A stretch of 63,896 bases of DNA, counting the filler, from Octopus bimaculoides (Eukaryota), in assembly GCF_001194135.2 (NCBI RefSeq). It is 8 parts of 8 records of this genome, joined end to end, with 100 filler letters (N's around TTAATTAATTAA, not from the genome) between each part and the next. Parts side by side here need not be neighbours in the genome. Positions count along the whole stretch, not along the records: positions 47,174 to 58,831 come from NC_068994.1; positions 58,932 to 61,208 come from NC_068986.1; positions 61,309 to 63,896 come from NC_068990.1; 5 more parts are not named here. One strand, given 5' to 3'. The first letter of the stretch is position 1. Every line of letters begins with the position of its first letter. Below are positions 54,817 through 63,896 of the stretch, piece by piece. Under the pieces are notes generated by a model. That model did no database searches and was not told the origin of the DNA. It saw only the letters and a program-made list of their open reading frames with translations. The position numbers and the translations under genes are program-made.

Positions 54817-55350
54817 CAGTAATCCCTCGACTACCGCGGGTGTTACGTTCCAAACTCCACCGCGATAGGTAAAAATCCGCGAAGTAGAAACAGTACTGTA
54901 TTTTTTTTTTATAATGCTTATATATTTAAATATAAATAATGCATTTCTAAATCTCTCAGAGAGATTTATGCAGTAGTGATATGATAAAGTAGTTCTATGC
55001 TATCAACTTAATGTGACAGTCCCATGAAGGGAATAATACTACTGCTATTTAGCCCAACAGGAAGCGGTGCTGCTTCCTAGGGCTAAATAGCAGTAGTATT
55101 ATTCCCTTCATGGGACTGTCACATTAAGTTGACAGCATACAACTACTGTATATATTTATTTTATTATAAATGCAAGACAACACCACGGAGGAATCGACGT
55201 ATGCTTAAATAATAAACCGCGATAGGTGAACCGCGATAGGTGAACCGCGATAGTGAACCGCGATATGTGAACCGCGATAGTGAACCACGATATGTGAACC
55301 GCGATAGGTGAACCGCGATAGGTGAACCGCGATTTGTCGAGGGATTACTG
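54817..55350. mobile_element. pogo/Tigger-like MITE, 534 bp, with 15-bp perfect TIRs and TA target-site duplication
   Basis: TA|CAGTAATCCCTCGAC (54817-54831) ... GTCGAGGGATTACTG|TA (55336-55350). Nine subterminal gaaccgcgata(g/t) units lie at 55214-55334. Confidence 0.93.
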
Positions 55351-55454
55351 TATACGAAATAGTTGGAGAAATTACGTAAGAATCATCAAAGCCAAAAGGT
55401 TTGATATATTAAGTTGCATAGAAGTATTTAGAAATGTAATTATGTACACATGTG

Positions 55455-55486
<32 letters not shown>

Positions 55487-55495
55487 TTATCTAAA

Positions 55496-55648
55496 CGGCT
55501 GTCTGGTAAGTAGCTTGCTTACCAACCACATGGTTCCGGGTTCAGTCCCACTGCGTGGCACCTTAGGCAAGTGTCTTCTACTATAGCCTCGGGCCGACCA
55601 AAGCCTTGTGAGTGTATTTGGTAGGCGGAAACTGAAAGGAGCTCGCCG

Positions 55649-55680
<32 letters not shown>

Positions 55681-55925
55681 CGTGTATGTATGTATGTATG
55701 TATGTATGTATGTATGTATTTGTGTGTCTGTGTTTGTCCCCCCAACATCGCTTGACAACCGATGCTGGTGTGTTTACGTCCCCGTAACTTAGCGGTTCGG
55801 CAAAAGAAACCGATAGAATAAGTACTAGGCTCACAAAGAATAAGTCCTGGGATCGATTTGCTCGACTAAAAGCGGTGCTCCAGCATAGCCGCAGTCAAAT
55901 GACTGGAACAAATAAAAGAAAAAAG
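55496..55925 (+). mobile_element. SINE family A, full length
   Basis: ggtaagtagcttgcttaccaaccacatggttccgggttcagtccc...gcggtgctccagcatagccgcagtcaaatgactggaacaaataaaag. Confidence 0.92.
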
Positions 55926-56254
55926 TTCTAATTTGATACGAGAGTATTTCCCAGAGAGCATGGAAAGAAGATGTAATGTCCAAATTGAATTCCAATGTGA
56001 TGCAATGAAGATGCAATTTTTATGTGGGCATCATGAGTTACTTCCCTTGGCTTTCTATTGTCGAGTTGTTTCCCTGTAATAAAATCTATATCCAAACCAT
56101 TTACTGTAATTAGAAGAAAGGCGCCTCTGATTATTATTAGTTTATTTATCATTACTTATAGAAATGACGAAAAGTATTTGAAGACATATTTTGTAATTTT
56201 ATAAAATGACTCTAATCAGACAAAAACCAAATGTATTTTAATAAAAAAAATTAC

Positions 56255-56480
56255 TCTTTACTCTTTTACTTGTTTCAGTCTTTTGACTGTGGCCATGCTG
56301 GAGCACCGCCTTTAGTCGAGCAAATCGACCCCAGGACTTATTCTTTTGCCGAACCGCTAAGTTACGGGGACATAAACACACCAGCNNNNNNNNNNCCAAG
56401 GTGCCACGCAGTGGGACTGAACCCGGGACCATGTGGTTGGTAAGCAAGCTACTTACCACACAGCCACTCCTACGCCTGTG
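56255..56480 (-). mobile_element. SINE family A, collapsed across a 10-N gap
   Basis: The tail (56255-56385) and head (56396-56480) are both reverse complements of the family sequence. Confidence 0.85.
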
Positions 56481-57145
56481 CATATTTCTCGATAAACTTC
56501 CTTACAAAATTCTACTATCAATTCGCTTTCAGCTTCGATGGCTGCTTCAATGCGGGACTGGAATCGTTAACATATTTGCACCAAATGTTCAATATTCATT
56601 TCGGGTACCACTTAGGCGATGGTAGCCTTCAGTGAAGCTATAGAACAATGAGGATATCGATTAGTCTCTCTTCAAACAAACGCTCCAAACGTAATAGTCC
56701 ATAGGATTCAAATCTGAGGACACGTGTTTGATGTTACATAATCATAAGGATTGTTTGACACCAGTTCTTGAGTAGCGTATCATCACTATGCTTAAGCAAA
56801 ATTATAAAATATATAGGGGTGGGGCACAATGAGTAATATTTACTACATTTTTGATTTTAGGAAAGAATATACTTTTTACAAATCTTCACTACCTTACAAA
56901 AAGTATATCAGCCCCCCCCCCCAAATAACCTTCTCTAAATGCATTAAAAACATTATAACATATTCAAAACACTATTTCAGAAAATTATCTCCATTCCCTT
57001 TGAGTATGTTATCTCTATTTTGTTTGAGCATGTAAGACAAAACCAAAACTAAACAGACGAGTGCTGGTAACAAGGGGGATAACTGCAAACCACTTCTTGA
57101 CTCCGGTGTCATTATTTACAACAACGGCGAGATCATAGCAAGACG

Positions 57146-57281
57146 ATGGCGAAACTGGCCTCTAAATTTCGAGGATGCCTTATCGGGGCCCTTGCGGGTG
57201 ATTGTTTTGGGGCACAATTTGAATTTTCACCAAAGATTACAATCAGTAAAGTCGTTGATTTTGTCACAGTCCTCGAAAAAA
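57146..57281 (+). CDS. ADPRS: First coding exon of an ADP-ribosylglycohydrolase family gene, ARH3/ADPRS-like (45 codons + 1 nt, phase-1 intron). Later exons were not found in the window.
   Basis: MAKLASKFRGCLIGALAGDCFGAQFEF matches the ARH3 N-terminal motif (human, from memory: SRFRGCLAGALLGDCVGSFYE). The ATG has a strong context (gACGATGG), an in-frame TGA lies upstream at 57098-57100, and a canonical donor GTAAGT starts at 57282. Confidence 0.88.
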
Positions 57282-57558
57282 GTAAGTTAATTCACTTCAA
57301 TTATTGTTCAACGTTCATTGATTTATTTATCTTACTACATTATTGAGAAATTTTAAATTAACTTTCTTCAATTATCTTTTTTTAAAATCTGGATATACCA
57401 GACTTTATTGTTTTGAGCGATCGCCAGTTCTGAATGGTAGTTTAATCGTTGAAGTTACTTATTTGAGGAGTTCGCGGAAGTTCTCGCACCACCAACTACT
57501 TATGCCTAGTCGGTTGAGAAGTGTTCCCCACTCGGTGGTGTTTCGGAGCAAGTCGTCC

Positions 57559-57816
57559 ATAATTGTTTCATTTTTCTCTATTATGTGCGTATGTGCATCC
57601 GTAGATTTCTAATGAAGTAATAAGCAGAAAAGAGAAGCCGTCATAAGAAAACTTACGTTAAAAATAACATGCACACGATTTTTTTCTCAATAGAAGTAAA
57701 TTCCAAAGTAAACGTTTCTAGTAGAGAAGTAGAAAAGAACAGAAGCAGCGTATATTACTTCATTAGAAATCTACGGATGCACATACGCACATACTAGAGA
57801 AAAATGAAACAATTAT
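57559..57816. repeat. 64-bp inverted repeat (1 mismatch) with a 130-nt spacer, in intron 1 of the ARH3-like gene
   Basis: 57559-57622 pairs with 57753-57816; the right arm runs into a gap. Confidence 0.92.
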
Positions 57817-58931
57817 NNNNNNNNNNNNNNNNNNNNNNNNNNNNNNNNNNNNNNNNNNNNNNNNNNNNNNNNNNNNNNNNNNNNNNNNNNNNNNNNNNNN
57901 NNNNNNNNNNNNNNNNNNNNNNNNNNNNNNNNNNNNNNNNNNNNNNNNNNNNNNNNNNNNNNNNNNNNNNNNNNNNNNNNNNNNNNNNNNNNNNNNNNNN
58001 NNNNAAGTTAAGAGGAATTTAAGTGGACTCTGTTGGAATTTCCGAAAATTGTCCCCCACCCCCATTCCAAAACACTTTCACCGAAATTTTTTGTATATTC
58101 GGAATCTACATAATAAATAATATATGCATAGAAAATTTCATTAAAAAATATTCATTTTTCTGAAAGTTATGACCTTCCAAAGTCGGGGTGGGGTAGAACT
58201 CTGTAGTTATGCCGTGTAGTATTCTAATTCAATGATCTAATATAAAATGTTTTCCTTTTCCACTTTCTCATCTTTCAATTAACATACTCCTCAATAACAA
58301 CATTTGCAATCGCACAAAAGGCTATGGACTGATCGATAAGATTATTGAGCAAATGGGCAAAGTTTAAAATGTTTAGAGACTGGTAATGTTACAAACAAAG
58401 TGCCCCTAAATAACCCTTTCCTTGAATGAATACTTAGATATAATAGGCTCGGACGGGTTGGGGTGGGGGAAAATGAACTACTAGCTGGATTCGCCCAAAT
58501 CACACTCTGCTATCTTAGAAGTTAGAAACGAAGAACACATTGAACGGTATTCTGATAGCATAGTTAAAGATATACATGGAAATTTGATGGGACGTCTTTG
58601 ATCAATAGGTGTGGTCGATCTGTGTTGACTTGGAGCCAGACAAAATGATCAGCAATACTGTAGTTGCAGTGTAAGATATGTGTGTGTGTGATAATGAAAA
58701 CAATTTCACATTAAACTAAAGCATCACCCAATACTTTTTGCAGACCATGAAATTATTCTTTCACAAGAACAGTATTAACATTGACTTCGAAAAGTTTCGG
58801 CCAGCTAAGCCATGATCGATCTATATATATANNNNNNNNNNNNNNNNNNNNNNNNNNNNNNNNNNNNNNNNNNNNTTAATTAATTAANNNNNNNNNNNNN
58901 NNNNNNNNNNNNNNNNNNNNNNNNNNNNNNN

Positions 58932-58991
<60 letters not shown>

Positions 58992-59088
58992 TTCAAAAGA
59001 GAAAAACGACAAAAAAACAACAAAAAACAACGCGAGGACGTGATACAGATATTGTGTTACTGGATGCTCAGGAAAAGAAAGAAAGAGA

Positions 59089-59123
59089 ATTTGACGTTTC
59101 GAGCGGGGCTCTTCGTCAGAAAT
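59089..59123 (-). ncRNA. 35-nt minimal hammerhead ribozyme motif, antisense in the ARH3-like intron
   Basis: Minus strand: AUUU CUGACGA A GAGC CCC GCUC GAAA C GUC AAAU. The core nucleotides are intact and the cleavage triplet is GUC. Confidence 0.72.
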
Positions 59124-59247
59124 ATAGGTAAGTATAAAGAAAGGAAGAAGGAGGAAGAATGTATGTATATATGATTGTATGTTTGTATGTATATATGATT
59201 GTATGTTTGTATGTATGTTTGTATGTATATATATATATATATATATA

Positions 59248-59460
59248 TAGTCTTTTATTCTTTCACTTGTTTCAATCATTTGACTGCGACGATGCTGGAG
59301 CACCGCCTTTAGTCGCGCAAATCGGATCCCAGGACTTCTTTGTAGGCCAAGTACTTATTTCATCTGTCTTTTGCCGTATCGCTAAGTTACGGGGACGTAA
59401 ACACACCAGCATCGGTTGTCAAGCGGTGCTGGTGGGACAAACACAGACACACAAAAACAC
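59248..59460 (-). mobile_element. SINE family A, 3' half
   Basis: cttgtttcaatcatttgactgcgacgatgctggagcaccgcc...catcggttgtcaagcg. Confidence 0.85.
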
Positions 59461-59495
59461 ACACACACATATACATATATATATGTGTGTGTGTA

Positions 59496-59530
<35 letters not shown>

Positions 59531-61066
59531 NNNNNNNNNNNNNNNNNNNNNNNNNNNNNNNNNNNNNNNNNNNNNNNNNNNNNNNNNNNNNNNNNNNNNN
59601 NNNNNNNNNNNNNNNNNNNNNNNNNNNNNNNNNNNNNNNNNNNNNNNNNNNNNNNNNNNNNNNNNNNNNNNNNNNNNNNNNNNNNNNNNNNNNNNNNNNN
59701 NNNNNNNNNNNNNNNNNNNNNNNNNNNNNNNNNNNNNNNNNNNNNNNNNNNNNNNNNNNNNNNNNNNNNNNNNNNNNNNNNNNNNNNNNNNNNNNNNNNN
59801 NNNNNNNNNNNNNNNNNNNNNNNNNNNNNNNNNNNNNNNNNNNNNNNNNNNNNNNNNNTATTTTTACTGGTTTATTTGGTCTTCGTCTTCGCTAATCGTG
59901 CCTTGCGGACATTTATTGTGGTTTTGGAGTCAGGATTTGACTGCTATTTTTTCAGTGTGGTGGTATCTCTTGATACCCTGTATTATAATTTTAAATAATT
60001 ATTACCTTTGATGGTTTTTATTCCCATGCTGACCACTTGATAAGATCAATATTTTAAATACCGATCTTATCCTTATTTATATAAATATATATATATAATA
60101 TAAATAATATATAAATATATGCATATATCCATGCATATATGTACATACCTACATCTATATGTATACATACAAGCATATATGGGTACAGGACATCAAAAAA
60201 CCGTTAAACACAATGAGAAACGAAAACATAGACACGAAGACAGAAAACGAATTTTTTTCGAACAACAAAAAAAACAAACAGAGAAACGAGACATGCATGC
60301 ATGTCTCGTTTCTCTGTCTGTAAATTATAGTATGCAAATTAGCAGATCCAATTCCTTGATATTACTAGATTTGATGGGTATATAAATGGATTAGCTATTT
60401 GTTTCCCTGGGATCGGATAAGTGATGTAAACACCTTGGATGAGACACCAATAACAAACGAAACTCAATTAAGAATGTTCACCTATTTTTCTTTAATCTAC
60501 GGAGAAATAGGTATATTTGAACTGCTTGTATGTCTACTGTTCAGGTTTATTACATTATGGACTTTCCTGTCGTAGACGACAGATGAGGGCTCCGCGATTT
60601 CTTGCCGAATAACCTGCACAGAATATTCGTTTTTAGTGCTGTACATTGACTCAATCCTACGATGCAGGTATACGGTGTGACACGCTTCAGATATCGAACT
60701 GATTGCAGAGTAAGGTAAGATAAAACAGAACAACGAATGATAAAGTGTTTTGCTCAAGAATACAACTCATCGCTCGGTCCAGGAAGGTATCTACGATGCA
60801 TGTATGTACATTTACATTATATGCCTACTGTAACTTCATTTTGTATAGAATTATATTTTTATAATCAGCGCGCGCGCGCACACACACACACACACGCATA
60901 CGCATACACAGACATATGTATTCTAAATTAATGTTACATATGATATATTGTCACACATACTGTATTGTGTGCGTGTATGTGTGTGCGCGCGCATACAAAC
61001 GTACGTACGACCATACATAAATGTATATATTTATACATATATATATACATACATGTATACATACAT

Positions 61067-61120
<54 letters not shown>

Positions 61121-61155
61121 GTATATGTATGTATGTATATATACATATATACATT

Positions 61156-61203
<48 letters not shown>

Positions 61204-61320
61204 CATATNNNNNNNNNNNNNNNNNNNNNNNNNNNNNNNNNNNNNNNNNNNNTTAATTAATTAANNNNNNNNNNNNNNNNNNNNNNNNNNNNNNNNNNNN
61301 NNNNNNNNCACACACACACA

Positions 61321-61352
<32 letters not shown>

Positions 61353-61949
61353 GAGGCACGCATTATATATTGAATAATATTTAGTCAGAGAAAAAAGGCT
61401 GCGTGCGTATTTTTGAAATCCTTTTCATACGGAATTATGAGAAAAAAGTCGTGCCATGCTTTAACATATATATTCATGTCTATACATACATGCATGTGTG
61501 TGTGACTGTGTGCGTGCGTGTGAGTGCGTGTGCGTGTGTGTGAGTGTACATATATATACATGTGTGTATATCTGTATACATACATGTATATATATAAATA
61601 TATATATACATGTATGTGTATACATGCATGCATATATATANNNNNNNNNNNNNNNNNNNNNNNNNNNNNNNNNNNNNNNNNNNNNNNNNNNNNNNNNNNN
61701 NNNNNNNNNNNNNNNNNNNNNNNNNNNNNNNNNNNNNNNNNNNNNNNNNNNNNNNNNNNNNNNNNNNNNNNNNNNNNNNNNNNNNNNNNNNNNNNNNNNN
61801 NNNNNNNNNNNNNNNNNNNNNNNNNNNNNNNNNNNNNNNNNNNNNNNNNNNNNNNNNNNNNNNNNNNNNNNNNNNNNNNNNNNNNNNNNNNNNNNNNNNN
61901 NNNNNNNNNNNNNNNNNNNNNNNNNNNNNNNNNNNNNNNNNNNNNNNNN

Positions 61950-61988
<39 letters not shown>

Positions 61989-62393
61989 ATATATGAATGT
62001 ATGTATACATGTGTATGTTTGCACATAAGCTACCACACGTACATACATCATATCTACGCACATATTTGTACACATACAACCAATATGTACACTGATGCAT
62101 GCACACGTCATATATAATGTATTTGGCATATATGGAAATATAAACATTGGAAACCATTATGGCAGGCGTCAGTTTCCATGACTTGTGTCATCAAGTCATC
62201 TTCCCATATGTGAACGGGGAGGGTCTCACCGCGAGTAGACTTCGATATTTGCAACATTAGACATGAGAAAAATACACGCACCTTCTCCCTCACATGCTCA
62301 CGTATATATACATTACGTACATATATACATACATACATATATATATATGTGATATGTGTATGTATATAAAAACACAAGCATATATAAACGTAC

Positions 62394-62424
<31 letters not shown>

Positions 62425-63118
62425 AATATATATATATATANNNNNNNNNNNNNNNNNNNNNNNNNNNNNNNNNNNNNNNNNNNNNNNNNNNNNNNNNNNN
62501 NNNNNNNNNNNNNNNNNNNNNNNNNNNNNNNNNNNNNNNNNNNNNNNNNNNNNNNNNNNNNNNNNNNNNNNNNNNNNNNNNNNNNNNNNNNNNNNNNNNN
62601 NNNNNNNNNNNNNNNNNNNNNNNNNNNNNNNNNNNNNNNNNNNNNNNNNNNNNNNNNNNNNNNNNNNNNNNNNNNNNNNNNNNNNNNNNNNNNNNNNNNN
62701 NNNNNNNNNNNNNNNNNNNNNNNNNNNNNNNNNNNNNNNNNNNNNNNNNNNNNNNNNNNNNNNNNNNNNNNNNNNNNNNNNNNNNNNNNNNNNNNNNNNN
62801 NNNNNNNNNNNNNNNNNNNNNNNNNNNNNNNNNNNNNNNNNNNNNNNNNNNNNNNNNNNNNNNNNNNNNNNNNNNNNNNNNNNNNNNNNNNNNNNNNNNN
62901 NNNNNNNNNNNNNNNNNNNNNNNNNNNNNNNNNNNNNNNNNNNNNNNNNNNNNNNNNNNNNNNNNNNNNNNNNNNNNNNNNNNNNNNNNNNNNNNNNNNN
63001 NNNNNNNNNNNNNNNNNNNNNNNNNNNNNNNNNNNNNNNNNNNNNNNNNNNNNNNNNNNNNNNNNNNNNNNNNNNNNNNNNNNNNNNNNNNNNNNNNNNN
63101 NNNNNNNNNNNNNNNNNN

Positions 63119-63157
<39 letters not shown>

Positions 63158-63896
63158 ATAGGTATATGAGTTTATACGATCGTACACGCTCGCACACTGT
63201 CACACATATACCATACAGCATTCAGACACAAACACATGCACACAAACACACATAATGATAGTTAGCTAGCTAGATATATAGATAGATAAGCGTACACATG
63301 CATATTATGTACGAGAGGACAAGAAGACTAACCATAAGTTATAAATACAACAAAGTATTCCAAGTCCTTTTCAGCTTCTCCATACTCAGCCTAGCATGAT
63401 GCAACCAAAACAAAAATTGAATAAATATAAAAAATAATTAAATAAGTAAATAAACATCAGGTAAATGAAGAACATAATAAAATTAGATATAAAGCACGAA
63501 GAAGCGAATGATCGATATTGCATGCATATTTCCTACTGCACTCCTCTACATACTCGGATCGATACTGTTTTGTCACAAAATGATTGAGTAGGTTACACAA
63601 TAAGCAAAAACATACACACATATACACATGCGCAGGCATTCACGAACACACTCAAACACTCACACACACACGCGCTCACATAGACAACGCATAGCTACGT
63701 AAAAATGCAGATACGCAAACATACAAATTTGAATAAATAAAATAATATAACTGGTCTTATCCGGTTTTGATTCGCATTCTTTCAAGTACACCAATTATGT
63801 TTGGTTGAATTAATAGAAAAATGAAATAAAATTTGTGTGTGTATGTGTATATATATATATGTATGTATATATATGTATATATAAGTATGTATGTAT

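Noticed and set aside
55214-55334. CRISPR-like regular repeat
   Set aside because: The units are contiguous with no unique spacers, in a eukaryotic MITE.
56589-56636. Hammerhead-like string on the minus strand (CUGAAGG...UACCA/UGGUA...GAAAU)
   Set aside because: The core deviates (A9 lost, no UH triplet with a paired helix I); too decayed to call.

Overview
Eukaryotic, AT-rich, microsatellite-dense draft-assembly sequence with many N gaps. The repeat content looks like an octopus genome (inferred from SINE motifs, not verified). Only one host coding exon is supportable: the first coding exon of an ADP-ribosylglycohydrolase (ARH3/ADPRS-like) gene at 57146-57281 (+). The rest is mostly decayed mobile DNA: several mariner (DD34D) remnants, a maT (DD37D) remnant, a pogo/Tigger-like MITE, RTE and CR1/L2-group LINE fragments, a Penelope GIY-YIG fragment and many tRNA-headed SINEs. 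Nearly all ORFs in the supplied track are microsatellite, gap or transposon artefacts. The main unexplained signal is a set of minimal hammerhead-ribozyme (HHR) motifs from several unrelated sequence families, all with a self-complementary helix III, several inside large fold-back structures. They include a palindromic element in which back-to-back tRNA-like Pol III heads each lead outward to a hammerhead (26040-26540), and HHRs with a ~95-nt helix-II insert (36389-38009). A SINE/LINE pair shares a 3' stem-loop tail, and a telomere-repeat palindrome and several long near-perfect hairpins are also present. All structures were read by eye; no folding or database search was run.
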